Positions 1 through 15,000 of a stretch of 64,000 nt of DNA are shown here, piece after piece. Every line of letters begins with the position of its first letter. Within the stretch, counting starts at the first letter, position 1. Origin of the DNA: a virus. Location of the stretch: IMG/VR virus record IMGVR_UViG_3300045988_183866; one strand, given 5' to 3'. The position numbers were made by a program, and so were the translations under genes. The notes beneath the pieces are model-generated. The model was not told the origin of the DNA and did no database searches. It was given only the letters and a program-made list of their open reading frames with translations.

Positions 1-2
1 TG

Positions 3-3000
3 TCTTCTGGCGGCTCTCACGGTCCTTTCCTAAAAACTACTATCTATGGTAGTAAGTCTCTTCGTATCCGCGCAAACGGCGGTTATACTTATGAAGAGGC
101 GATGGTCAACCCTGATATCAAGCATCGTACACCGACAAACTGGCCTTACAAGTTCAGTGTAGGACAGACGATTCCTGCTGCTCTGACGCACAGTAATGGT
201 CAGGTCGCATTCGACGACATCTGGGTTCAGTATGATGGTTGTGCGTCTGATTTTACAGATGCAGGACTTGGAAAGCTGTATGAGCCAACCGTCGATGGAC
301 GCAGCGGCACCAACAACTTCTATCTGGCTGGTTCCGGCAACTTTGTTATGAACCAGATTGGTCACTTGCCTCTTATTGGAGTTGGCGGTGCAAACAAAGC
401 ATCTCCTCAGGAGATGCAGCTTTGCGTCAACACTCTGATGTGGATTTCTCAGCGCAAGCAGTGTGAAGTCTGTGCCGCTGACCAAGCCGACCAGCAGATG
501 ACGCACTTCGTTCATCGTGTCAATGCAGCAAACGCCAAGAAGATTCTGACAGCTCTCGCTAACGGCGGCAGCTACTGGTATCCTCTGAGCGATTGCTACG
601 AACTGATGGAAGACCTCGACCTGACGAAGCTGGGCTTTGATTCCACGACTTGGAAGCCCATCAAGAACTTCACAGGTCACTGGAACAGCAAATACTTCGA
701 TGTAAAAGTCCCCAAAGACGGTGCTCTGTTCGATAACACCACCGGTGATTTGGGTGCATACCGTACCGGAGACGGCAACGACTGGAACCTTGGTACTGAC
801 AGACTGAAAGGTTGGGACACTGTCTTTAAGGACAGCGGTAACAGCTCTCCGTCCGTTCGTACCACCGGTATCGCTCGTATCTACGGCAAGCTGAGCGACG
901 CAAAGTTGTTCAACGATGGTCAGGTTCACGAGGGATATACCGTTCATATCCGGTACGAGGATAACACTGCGTTGCTGCAGGAAGGCGACGATTTCAGCTG
1001 TGTAGTCAACAACGTAGACCAGTATTGCATTTCTAACCTGCCCTGTATTTACGTAGGCGGCAAAACGATTCTTCGTGCCCGCGTATATGACAAGGCTGGT
1101 AACGAAGTCACCAAATACGGTCCTATCGTTGCAAAGGTTCCTCCTCATTTCTGGAACGACTGCGAAACGGTTCCTCTGGAACTGCTGACAATCGAAGCAA
1201 CACCTATTGAGAACTACCGTTACTGGGAAGGCGAGACCACCAAGGTTCTCGAAGGTTCCGGTATCATCTACAATCAGCCCATCAGCAATGAATCCGTAAC
1301 ATGGTATTACCGCGTGGTTGACCTGCGCAATACCAGTAATGCTCTGAGCGACTGGGTCAAGATTGGTCATTACGGTCAGTTCACTACCGAAGACGGTGCC
1401 GTAACAGGTATCATCAAAACGCCGGTATTCCACGACGGCAATGATGGTGTATACAATTACCCGCACAGTTCCGTGGATGTACAGCTGCAAATGCTGGCAT
1501 ATACAGGAAACGCTATTCAGCTTCGTACAGACTACGAGGTTGAGGGTAAGACTTATTCCACCATCGACCCCGGCGTAATCACTCCGGAAGCTTCCGGTAT
1601 CATTCAAATCGAAGAGCGCCCCATGTCCATGACGCAGGCACCGAATCAGCGTGTTATGACTCAGGACGAAGCAACCTTCGTATTTGAAACAGATTACTGG
1701 AAGGGTCTTGATGATAAGGGCTACAGCTACGATGTTCAGTACAAAGACCCCTATGATGACGATTGGCAGACTCTTGCCACATCCGTCACATTCGGCGGTA
1801 CTTATACATTGAATACCGTAGATAATAGTCAGGTAAACAAGGTTGACATTGAAGCACATACGGTCGATACCCTCGCAAAGGGGAAAGAGACCGCAAGTAT
1901 GATTCATGACAACAAATGGCTGCCTGCCGATTTCTGGCGTCCTGATGGTTTCACTGACCAGCAGTGTGCTCAGAAACACACTACTATCACACTTACCCTG
2001 CACGCGGCAGATTACAACTGGTCCGGATATTATTTCCGTATCGTTGCAAGCTATCGCTTTAACGAAAAGAGAACCAAGGTCGAGAACTCCTACAGCGCAA
2101 TCGGCGATGCTGACAACGCAGGATTCGACACTTCCCGTTATGGCCTGTTGCAGGTCGATGCACCTTTCGTTTCCGCAACTATGCTGGAAGCTCGTGCATT
2201 GATGATGCAGGAGCATAACAGCGAGGGCGATGCGACTGGCGATTTTGGTCAGAATTACTGGTCTGTTGAGACAACGCAAGACCAAGTGGATAACTGGAAT
2301 GCCAGCAGAGGCGATTCCAATAACCCGTTGATTTCTGATAAGAACGTGGCCGTTTATACAACGACTATCACATTCTCTCCCAGCAAATTGACAGAATCCG
2401 GAAACCGTATCCTTATCCCTGTATTGCAGTGGGGCTTCCAAGACGACTTGAATTCGGAATCTACCGATTATAAGCCCGTCATCAACCCCATCAATATCAA
2501 CGGGTACGCTAACAACGGTAACGGTTTGACTACCGAAAACTACAAAGACTGGGCAAATATCGTCAAAACCAGATACGACATCAATACAGATGACAGTTCT
2601 GTGATGAAGCAGGTCGTGGACGCAATCGAAACTGAGCATTCCGGTTCTCCGTTCGGCAAGTTCACCGCCTACATCACCATTGATGATATCAAACCTGTTG
2701 AGGATACGATGTTGAATGGTCAGCCGTTTGACATCAACAGTGCATATGCTAAGTGGAGCATTACCACGAGCCTGCACATTGAATCCGCAACGAACCCGAT
2801 GGACTTCGGTACTGAGCACTTCTATTTCCAGTGCAAGCCGTATCTGGAATACATTCGCGGCTACAACAGCACGAAACTGAAGAGTCAGACCATCACAAAT
2901 ACCCTTGCTCATAACTTTGACTATGTGAACGGCGGTATCGATGAAGATAACACCGACACTGGTGCAGAGTTGTGGCTGGATTACAATATCAGTATCCATG

Positions 3001-6000
3001 CAAACGAGCGCAATCTTGTTAGTTGCGGCGTTGATAAGCACTCTATTTTCATGTATCCCGAACTGACAATTGAAGCGCCTAATGGACTTCGGTACATTAT
3101 GTCCCGCTATCAGATTGTGAATGAGTTCCCGTATGGCAAGCACAGAGACACTTCTCGTACTGTGTTTAACCAGAGTGACCATCTGAGCGTCAATCTCGGT
3201 ACTCAGTATCGTGGACAAATGACAACCGTTACTCGTTATGACATGAACGGCAATCCTTCTCAGATTGATGTTCAGGGCAAGACGATGGCTGACCTTGGCA
3301 TTTCCCTCGATGAACGCGGATATCTGGACAAGAACAACGAGGACTATGCGCCTTATCTGGACCACGGCTATGCATTATGGTCCGATTATTCTTACCCGAA
3401 GGAAATCTGGCAATGGTTCTGGCGCAATGCTATCCAGTATCATTGCTACGACATGGAAGAGTTTGACGGCACCAACGAACAGGTTTTCTTCTACATCGAT
3501 GAAAAGAATGTTCGTGCGGCCGACAAGTCGTTTAAAGCCAATGACGGAAACAATCCCACTTCTTCTTGGACCGCTCCGTTCGATGCAACCTATCAGATTG
3601 ACCTGTGGGGTGCTGGCGGCGGCAATGCAAGTATGACAGATGGTATCAGCGGCAACTCCGGCAGCCACACCATTATCACAGCAGACATTAAGGAAGGCAC
3701 GACCCTCTACTTTGTCGCTGGCGGTGCAGGCGGTGGCGGTTCTACCGGCAGTGGTTCCGGTGGTTCCGGTGGCTATAACGGCGGTGGTTCCGGTGGTGTC
3801 GGCGCAGTGTTCTATGACTGCTATAAAGGGGGAGGCGACCCTGACCACAGCTACCACAGCAATTCTCCCATAGGCTTTGGCGGTGGTGGTGGCGCTACCA
3901 CGGTTGCTTTTGGCCTTATCGGCGATGGACAGCTGAAAAACTACGGTGACGGCTCGCCGATGTTCGGCGTTGCTGGCGGTGGTTCCGGTGCTGCGATAAT
4001 TTCCGGCAACGGATACACCACGCGCGGTGTCGGTGGTTCCGGTTCAAACAACAGTGGTCAGCGTTATCACTGTGCATTAAAGGAAGACAAGGTCTTCAGC
4101 GACGGCTACGAATACCATCATGGCGATATCTGTGGCTGGACTTACAGTGGCACCCACAGCAGTGATATCAAAATGCAGCGAGAAGACGAGGAAGGCTACA
4201 ACAACACACTGCACGAAAACGGTGGCGGTTCTGGTTGGCAGTCTGCTTCTACCGATGGTGCATTGCGTGGTTCTTCTTATGCCGCTTCTGTTGGTACAAA
4301 CCTTGACAACGGCAACATCATCATTAAAGCAAACGTCACTGGTGCAAACCAGCTGAATGACGGTGCCGGTTCCGGTATTGGTCAGGCTGGTCGTGCAAAA
4401 ATCAAGGTCGTTGACCTGAATAAGCGTCTGTACCGCCGAGTTGGCAAGAACGCAATGGATATTGGCTTCGAGGATGCAAACGAATGCACTCCTACTCGTG
4501 CCAAGGTCATGTTGACTGTTGCTAACAAGATGTACGACGGCAACCAGTTGACTGTTACCGCACACGTTGTATGGGACGGCGATACCGATGCAGGTATCGA
4601 TGAACAGGAAATCCTGCGCGGCGTAAACATCACCTATTCGAACAACGAATCTCCCAACATCACATATCCTACAAACGCTACTACCGATAGCAAGAAGAAG
4701 CCTCTCGTTCGTACCGGTTCCTACACTGCTACGGCAACCTACACGGGCAAGTACGAAGTTACTTTCTGCTGGGAGAACACGAAGCCCGGCAAGACTTATG
4801 TAGTCCGTGGCGAAAGCACTACACCTGATGAATATGTATCCGGCAACGGTAATGTCGTATACTTCGATATTTACCCGCGCCCGCTGCATCTTTACAGCTA
4901 TGACAACAATAAGATTTACGACAATATCAGCACCGCAAAGGTATCTGATATTAAAATCAAAGCAGCAACTGCTGATTCCGGTATTGTTCACGGCGATACT
5001 GTCGCGCTGAACAGCACACTGGCTTACGGCTATTATTGCGAAAACTATGCTCCTGAGGACTTCGCAAAAACGAGTTTCAGAGAGTCCATCCATACGGGTC
5101 TGCACAGTATTAAGACCGTTACGATTCTTGAACTGATTAACAACCCGTTCGACAACTATTATATTGCAAGTGAAGATTTCACTGGTACCATCAATCCTCG
5201 TCCTCTGTATGTTCACAGTCAGTATCATGATGTGAACAAATACAAGTGGAACTACGATGGTAACTCCAATGATATCGGAAACGGCAAGTATCTGACCGAC
5301 ACGACTGTCTACGATAATCAGAATGTGACTATCGAGCAGGCATATGAAATGATTCTTGCTGGTAAACAGGAAAACATCGATATTACCCGCTATACCAAGA
5401 CCGAACAGGATAACTACCAGAACACGGTAGTGAATCCGAACAACATCAAGGTATATGATTCCTACTACAACGCCAATATCGGTGAAGAAGGACAGGGAAA
5501 TATCTATATTGATAATATCACCAACTACGATTCCGTTGAACTGAATGCTCAGACCTATGTTGGTTCTTATGCTGACAGCAATGCTGGCGAACAGCTGACC
5601 GGGTATGATGCAAACGGCGACAATGGTGTCATCAAGGAAGACCGTTACAATGGTCTTTCGACGAATACGATTCGCCATCTGCCGTATTCTGTAAAGTACA
5701 GCTACAGCACGACCACCCCGCAGGTTGGTCAGAAGATGACTGTTACGATTGCAGTTACGAACAAGGATACCGGATATGGTCTGGCCGCGCAGAATAACTA
5801 TGTTGCTCCTGTTGCTATCCAGAACCTGCGTCTCAAGAGCAGATTTGCAGGCAATGGCCCCATCACTCTGAAATCCACCAATGGCATTCGTATGAACCAG
5901 CAGGGCACAGAGTTCTACATTGACACGATTCCGGTCGGCGGTACCGTAAACATCGAATTTGAGTACACTGTACAGGATATCGATGATACGAACGCACTGG

Positions 6001-9000
6001 TACGTGACATTGAGCAGAACAACGAAATGTACCTTGTGAACAACAACTACAACGACTACTATATCGCAGACAAGACTTTCAGCGGTGGTATTTACCGTAC
6101 GACGCTGCGTGCGCAGGTCAAGAGCGTAAGCACCACTTATGGACATGGCTTCAAGAATGTCAAACTTCCGTATGCAGACGATGTCTACTACTGGAATAAG
6201 GGTTCTGATAGCTGGCTGACCATGGAAGGTCTGGTCGAAGACCATAAGACTGCTGCACAGGACGATGAAAAACTCGACCTGAAAGCGAAGAAAACAAACA
6301 ACTATCAGAGCAAGTTCGTTTACAATGTAGTGCCGAGTGAGACGACAGATGCTGGTTCTTACCCCGTATCTTACATTGGTCTGAACGAATTCAACTATGA
6401 TGTGTTGAAGAACTATGTTGTCACGGAAGACCCCGGCTCCATCGAGGTTAAGCCCCGCAAGATTATGATTTCCGTTGACGAAAGCCAGAAGATTTACGGT
6501 ACGACGAACCCGTTCTTCAACTCCACCTTCAAGGTTCTTGGCACAGATGACCAAGGCAATGAGCTGGATGTTTCGGACGAGAACAACTGGACCGTTCTGG
6601 GTGATGACGCTACCGTTGATTACAACAACATGCATCTGATTGGTAATGACACCATCGGTAATGTGGTTGAAGTCGTAAACGGCGCTTCTCGCACCGCTCT
6701 GGCATTCAAGAACGGCACTTCTAATCTGCCTTATCTGACAACCGCTACACAGAGCAGTGATGTAATCTATCAGACGGATGTTCCCGAAGAAGAATGCGCT
6801 TACTGCTTGGAGAAATACAATGAAATGCACAAGGGTCATGAGCATTATCATGACGATGACCATCCGCATACCCATGTTCCCGTAAACGGATATCCTGTAT
6901 CCGTGAACGAAAACACCGGTTACGGCAACACTCTTGGCATCAAGACCGTCACGAACAGTGAAGGACAGGTAGTTTCCAACTACGAACTCGTTTACGAGTC
7001 CAATGTTCTGAAAGTACATCCTCGTCTGATTCGCATTGCGGCTCTGGATGCAACGAAGGCATACGGCGGCACGGAACCCGCATTGAAGTGGACTGTCGAT
7101 GGCGAAATCATTAAGCCTACCAGCGAAATGCTCGGCATCAAGGCAGTTCGTGACAGCGGCGAGAATGTCCGTGACGAAGGCTATACCATCCGTATCTCTT
7201 ACGAAAAGAGCACAGCAAGCAACTATATCGTCGAAACGAACGACGCTAAGATGACCATTACGCCTGTCCCGCTGACAATCGTATTTGGTAATCAGGAGCG
7301 TTACTACGGCGAAGATAACAAAAACGACTACACGCTGACCGTTGTTGGTTTGAAGCACGGCGATACTGCTGATGTTGCTTTGAAGAATAACGATGGCGCA
7401 ACCGCAAAGGTTCTTGAAACCGCAAAGAATACTCTGAGCGATTACATCAACCTGACTTACAATAAGTACACCGATGTCGGTTCCAATTACCTGTATGGCG
7501 ATAAGAGTTACTGCGAAGAGCATACGATTCTCGTTCCTCGTGAAAACGCAGATGGCGGTTATAACTATACGATTGCGAACTACACGCCTGGTGTTCTGAC
7601 TATCAAACCTCGTCCGATGCTGCTGGAAGTCACTGGTTGGCAGAAGGAACTTGGCGATGCTGATAAGGTTCAGGACTTCACCCTGACCGATATGATTACC
7701 CATAATTCCGTAAATGGTCAGCAGAAGCTCGGCGCAGGCAGCCGTATCACGGATGCAAGCGTTGTTGTGAACCCCGATAAAGTTCCCATCGTCTTCAATC
7801 TGGTTCGTGCAGAGGGTGAAGAAGTCGGTTCTTATCCCGTCTACTCCACGCCGCAGGACCGTCAGATTGGAAACCTCGCAGCAAACGACCAGAAACAGCT
7901 TGAGCTGGATAACCCGAACTACGACTTTGAGTACCGTTACGCAAACGACCTCATTGTCAAGCGTCAGGGTCTGATGATTACCGTGGATGATAAGGTTCGC
8001 TATTACGGCGACCGTGTCAACCGCTTCTACGATGGTTCTACCGATTACACCTATCATGTGTTTAAGGTAGAAAACGGCGAGGCTGTTGAAATCACGGCAG
8101 AGGAAGCCGGTATCAACACCAATTCCTTTACCTTTACCCATCTGGATACACAGACCAGCTCCAGCGGCACTTACAAGGATTGCATCAGCCTGTCCGGTGT
8201 CCACAGCACCATCTATGATGATGATGACATCACGATTACCGCTGGCAACCTGACTATCATTCCTCGCCCCGTTTCCGTTATTGCTGAGGATAACACCAAG
8301 GTTTACGGCGACGCTGACCCCGAATTGAAGTACACGCTCCATGACGGTGTCCGTGGCGAAGATGGCAACTACTACATTGAGTACGCAAACGGTCCCGTTC
8401 TCACCGAGAAGGAAGGCGCGGATGTGCCTGTCCAGCCCGGCGACCTCGAAGGTACTGGCGTGACTCGTGAACCCGGTGAGGATGTCTGGACTGGCGAGCA
8501 TTCGTTCGGCAAGGCTTACGCCATCAATGCCAACGATATCAGCCCTGTCAGCAAGGATGGTATCACCAACTACGTTATTACCATGGAGAACGGCAACTTT
8601 ACGATTACTCCGGCTGAGCTGGTTGTTACCGTAAAGGGTGGCTATTCCAAGACCTATGGCGAAGAGAATCCCGCATTTGATGCCGATATTACCGGCTTCA
8701 AGCGTGATGACACGAAGGAAACCGTTCTGAACGGTGAACTTGGCTTCGCTACTCTGTGCTTCGACCTGTCTGACGCTGGCAAGTACATCGTAACTGCTGG
8801 CAACAACAATGAGGATGCGGTGAACCCGGATTGCGTTGTTCTGGAAGACGGTGAAGAGCATATCGGCTCCACTTTCGAAGTCAAGAGCAACACAAACTTC
8901 GAGAAGAACTATGTTATCCGCTATGTCAATGGCGATATCACTGTCAACCCGAAGGAACTGATTGTTCGTATTGACCATAAGGTCAAGACCTACGGCACTG

Positions 9001-12000
9001 CTGACCCGGCATTTACCTTCCATTACGAAGACAATGCTGGCAATGTGATTGGCCTGATTGACCCCGAAAACAGCCCGCTGAATGTTGAGTTGTACCGCAC
9101 CAAGGGTGAAAATGTTGTGCGCGGCGATGTCACTGCAGCAGATTCTCTCAATAAGTGGGGAACTACCCTCTATGATGGTGATTACCTCATTTCCGCAAAG
9201 TACGATACAAACAACAAGAACTATGCCGTTACCGTATACGATGGTTCTCTGAAAATCATCCCCGCAACGCTCACTGTTACGGTCGATGGCGGATACAAGA
9301 CCACCTACGGCGATGAGATTCCCGAATTCACTTATTCCATCACAGGTTTTGTCGGTCGTGACGTTAAGGACGAAACCGGTACCGGTATCAAGGACGATGA
9401 ATCCAAGGTCTCCGGCACTGCTACAATGTACTGCAACGATAACGCTGGCAATCCCGTAACGAATAAGACGAAAGTTGGTAATTATCCCATCAACTACGAT
9501 AGACAGCAGTTGGTTGCTGACAACAGCAATTACAAGTTTATCTATGTTGGCGGTGACCTGACGATTGGTAAGAAACCTATCCATGTGAAGGCAGATGACC
9601 AGCAGAAGGTTTACGGAGAGAAAGACCCCGACCCGCTGACTTGGACGATTACTGACCCCGAAGAGCTGGTCAATCCCGGTGACGAAGACTTCTTCGATAT
9701 CACCACAAAGCGTCCCGGTGCTGATACTGATGACGGTGAGCAGGTAGGCAAGTATCCCATCACCATTGATGGCACTGACCCGTCCGGCAACTACGAAATC
9801 ATTACCACTCCCGGAACTCTGACCATTGTTCCTGCAACCATCGTTGTTACAGTTATTGACGACGAAAAGTATTTCGGCGAAGATAACCCGACACCCAACG
9901 TAACCATTACCGGCTATAAGCGCGGTGACACCATCGATGATATCGGTGGTAAAGATGCGCTCAAGACCAAGACTGATGCAGAGAAGTGGAGCCCTGTTGG
10001 TGAATATCCTGTATCTGCCAAGGATTCTACTTTCCATAACCCGAACTACGATTTCGTTTACATCGATGGTAAGCTGACCGTTAAACCCTTGATTATTAAC
10101 ATCAAGGCAGAAGACGACCGCAAGACCTACGGTGATAACGACCCCGATAAGTTCAATGTTTCCTATACGCTCACGAACGAGAAAGATGAGCCTTACACTC
10201 CGGATAAGGACCTGCGCGATTATATCGACCGTGCCCTGAATCTGGATGCAGCTCGTGTTCCGGGTGAGAATGTTCGTACCGAGAACCCCGGCTATTCCAT
10301 TGTTCCTACCTATACCGAGGTAGATAATATTGAGATTGGCACAGTAACTCCCGGACATTTCTTCATTGACCCGCGTGAGGTAACCATTATTGCAAACTCC
10401 GCAGAAAAGGTATATGACGGCACTCCGTTGACGGAACCCGGCTATACCTACGCTCCGGAACTCGTAGATAACGACCTGCTTGGCATTCACGATAAGATGG
10501 ATTCTGTGACCGTAACCGGTTCTCAGACCGAAGTGGGTTCCAGCAAGAACGTTCCCAGCGATGCAGTTATCATCAACACCGAAGATGGCAGCGGCAGCAA
10601 TGCCAACTACATCATCAAGTATGTGGATGGTACTCTGACCGTTCGCGATAAGGAAATTGTCTCTATCGAGAAATCTGCTGACCGTGAACGCGCTACGGAT
10701 TACGATGTGATTCGCTACACGATTACCGTTACGAATGCGACCAGTCATGACCTGCACAACGTCATCGTTAAAGATACCAACAACTTCGTTGGTGTTCCTG
10801 TCCTGTCTCAGGCAAACGGTGTGACCTATGATGCAGAGAAGGGCGAGTTCGTTATCGCAGAGATTTCCCATCTGCGCGATGAAACCCATACCAATGCTGT
10901 AACGTTCACCTATACCTACACGGTAGACCCGACCGACCACGGCACCAACAACAACGATATCCTCGAAAACAACGCCAAGATTACCGATATGAAGGTAGTC
11001 GAGAGCTATACTGAGAACCCTGATGGCAGCACCACTCCGAACTATACCGAGCCTAACAAGGATTGGTTGGTTGAGACTCCTGATGTTGATGTGGAAATCA
11101 TCCGTCAGAATCTGACCATCGAAAAGAGTGCTGATAAGACTGAGGCTGGCGTAGGTGATGTCGTCACTTACACGCTGAAAGTCACCAATACGGGCAACAC
11201 GAAGCTTGAAAATGTTGTCGTAAAGGATACGAACAACTTCATGGGCGAGCCTGTCGAGAACACGAAGCTCCACTTCGGCTATCGTGTCAACGATGATGGA
11301 ACATGGACAATCACCAGCCTTGGTGTTGGAAAGTCCGTAACCATTACCTATAAGTACACGGTTGTCGCAGATGACCTCGCAAACGGCAAGCTGGATAACA
11401 TTGCTACCGCAACGATTCCTGCTCGCGAAGACCCGACTATTCCTGAAAAACCTGTCGATTCCAACGAAGTAATCGTGCCGCTGTACTACAAGCACCTGAC
11501 GATTGTCAAGTCTGCTGACCGCGACCACGCTTATCCCGGCGAAGTCGTCAAGTATCAGGTCACTGTCACGAACGACGGCACTGTCGATATGACGAATGTT
11601 ACCGTCTCCGATGACACCAATGCTCTGGGTATGTTTATCGTCTCTACCGGCGACGGATATACCTATAACCCCGAAACCAGACTGTTCACCATTCCTGCTC
11701 TGAATGTCGGCGATTCCGTTACGCTGAATTACCTGTATATTGTGCAGAACGGTGACCCCGAAACGATTATCAACGTAGCTACTGCTCACGCTCCCAAGAA
11801 TCCCGATACTGAGATTCCGGGTGACAAGGACATCGAAGAGCCTTCTAAGCCTGTTGAGGTTGATGTGCTCCGTGATGAACTGACCATCGTAAAGAACGCT
11901 GACAAGAGCTTCGTTGATATGAACGGCAATGACACGACCGTAACCTATACTCTGACCGTTAAGAACAGCGGCAACACAAAGCTGACGAATGTTATCGTTA

Positions 12001-15000
12001 CCGATACATCCAACGGCAACGGCACTGTCGAGTATACTGGCGATTTGATGTATGACGGAAACGGCAAGTGGATGATTCCTGAGTTGAACGCAGGCGAATC
12101 CGTTGAAATCACTTATATCTACACTGCTGTGGCAGAGGATATGAACCTCGATAACGGTAACATCGTGAATACGGCTGTTGCTGAGGGCAAGAACCCCGAC
12201 AACAAGACTGTTACGAGCGACCCCGATACTGAGACTGTCCATGTAGGCGAAGTGCCTGACCGCGATATTCGCGTTGTGAAGACTTCTCTTGAATCCAGTG
12301 TGATGATTGGCGATACCATTCACTACACCATTACCGTTACGAACAACGGCACAATGACTGCTCAGAATGTAGTTGTACGCGACTTCAATGACGGCATTGG
12401 TGAAATCAATGCTGCAAGTTCCGACAAGTATACCTATGACGCAGCGACTCATTCCTTCACCATCGCAGAAATTGCGGCTGGTGAGGTCGTTGAGATTCCT
12501 GTCACCTATACCGTACAGGAAGGCGACAAGGGCACCGTAAACAATGCTGCTGTCGAGATTCCGGAAATTCCCGAAATCGAGAAAAAGGCAGATAAACAGA
12601 CCGTAGTGGTTGGCGAAGTGGTGACTTACACCATTACCGTTACCAATACGACTAACGAGACCAAGACGAATGTTGAGGTCAAGGATACGAACAACTTCAC
12701 GGGCGTTATCACGCCTGCCGAAAACACTGATGTTGTAAGCTATATTGGCGACAAGGTCTGGAATATTTCTTCTATCGGCGCTGGTGAGAGCGTAGACATT
12801 GTCTACACCTACACGGTAATGAATGAAGATGCTCCCAATACCATGCTTGTCAATAACGCTGAAATGACATATGTGACGGATTCCGGCAAGGTAAAGATTC
12901 CTTCCAATGAGGTTGATATCCCTGTCATCCCCGAAACTCCCACGCCGGAACATGTCGGACCCACCGTTGTGAAACAGGCAGACAAGGCCATTGCAAACAT
13001 CGGCGATACGGTGCATTACACCGTCGTCATGCACAACAATGACACTGTTGACTATGTGAATGCAGCGCTGCACGACAAGAACAACTTCAACGGCGTTATC
13101 ACGAATGTCAAGAACGGCACTCTGGAATCTGCATCTGCCGGTTCCGCAGTCATTAAGGTTGGTACTATCCCGGCTGGCAAGACTGTCACGGTAGAATATG
13201 ATTACATTGTGCTGAACACCGATGCCGGTAAGGGTCAGGATACCTACAACGAGCTGAAGAATGTGGCTACGCTGCATTACTGGTTCGCTGACGAAAACCA
13301 GACTCCTGAGAATGAAAAGACGAAGCCTTCTAACGAGGTCACCGTCAAGGTTCCCGGCAGTGATGTACCTGTTCCTGTCAACCCGCCCGAGGGCAAGTTG
13401 AAAGTCGAGAAATTCGTAGACAAGAAGAGTGCTTCTGTTGGCGATATGCTGCATTACACCGTTAAGGTGTCTAATGTTGGCGATGGCGAACTGAAAAATA
13501 TTCTGGTCGAAGACTTCTTCGATGGACACGGTAAACTCAACTACATCCCGGCTGTCGGTGTTGTAGTGAACGGTGATGGCACTTACACCATCAACAAACT
13601 GCCTGCCGGTACATTCATGGAGCTCCGCTTCACCTATGTTATCGTGGAAGGCGATGAGCCTGAGGTCCTGAACGCCGCTGTCGTCACGACGCCGCCCGTT
13701 GACCCGCCGCTCGAACCCACCAAGACGGCTGACAAGAAGTTCGCATTTGTCGATGAAATCGTGACTTACACCATCAGCGTGTATAACCCCGATACCAAGG
13801 CAAAGACGAATGTCACTGTCAAGGATACCAATAACTTTGTTGGCAGCATCAATGCCGCCAATACAGATAAGTACACCTATAACGGCGATAGCACTTGGAC
13901 GATTCCGGAAATCGGAGCAGGGGAGACCATCGACATTACCTATACCTACACGGTACAGAGCAATGATGAGAAGCTCCTCGAGAACAAGGCTGATGTGACG
14001 TATTCCGAGAACGGCGATACCGTGAAACTTGATACGCCGACTGTCGATGTGGTCGTACCCGATAAGGGCACTGTCTCCATCCACAAGGAAGCGGACAAGA
14101 AGATGGCTAAGCCGGGTGAGGTCGTCACCTACAATGTCACCGTTACTAACAACAAGGGCTTCGATGTTCACGATGTTGTAGTAACTGATGCCAACAACTT
14201 CGCTGGCGAAATCACTGGCGTTGACGGCGCAGATTACACCTTCGAGAACGGCGAGTTCCATATCGCTGAGATTGCCGCAGGCGCTTCGGTCACTCTGACC
14301 TACACCTACACGGTTGAAATTGGTGATGTGCCTACTCAGATTCTGGAAAACATCGCTACGGCTGATGTTCCCGGCACGAACCCCGAAGACCCGAACAACC
14401 CCGGTCACGGTAAAGACCCGAACAAGCCTATCGATAACGATGAGAAGATTCCTTCGAATCCTGTCGATGTTGAGGTTCCGGGTTCCGAGACTGAAACCAA
14501 GATTCCTGACCTTGTTCTGACAAAGAGTGTGGATAAGAATGAAGCCGTTGTCGGTGATACTCTGAACTACACGATTACTGTCAAGAACAACGGCAAGGGC
14601 GATGCTGAGAATGTCACAGTCAAGGACTTCTTCGACGGCAAGGGCACACTGAACTTCGTGGCTATGGATGGCGTCACCGATAACGGTGATGACAGTTACA
14701 CGATTGCAAGCGTCAAGGCTGGCGAAAGCGTAACGCTCAACTTCACCTATGTGGTAGTTGACGGAGACGCACCTGAGGTTTTGAATGCGGCAGTCATCAC
14801 GACTCCCGAACCGCCTACGGATATTGTGAAGAGCGCAGACAAGCATATCGCTAAGGTTAATGAGATTGTTACCTACACCATTACGGTGAAGAACAATTCC
14901 AAGGACACTTTGACGAATCTGCTGGTAAGCGATACGAACAACTTCAAGGGCGAAATTGAAGGCAAGGATGGCAAGGGCTACACCTACAACGGTGATAAGA

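Noticed and set aside
3600-4100. Glycine-rich segment (GGAGGGGSTGSGSGGSGGYNGGGSGG...) as a collagen-like or separate gene
   Set aside because: There is no Gly-X-Y triplet periodicity. It is in-frame inside the giant adhesin ORF, most likely a flexible linker.
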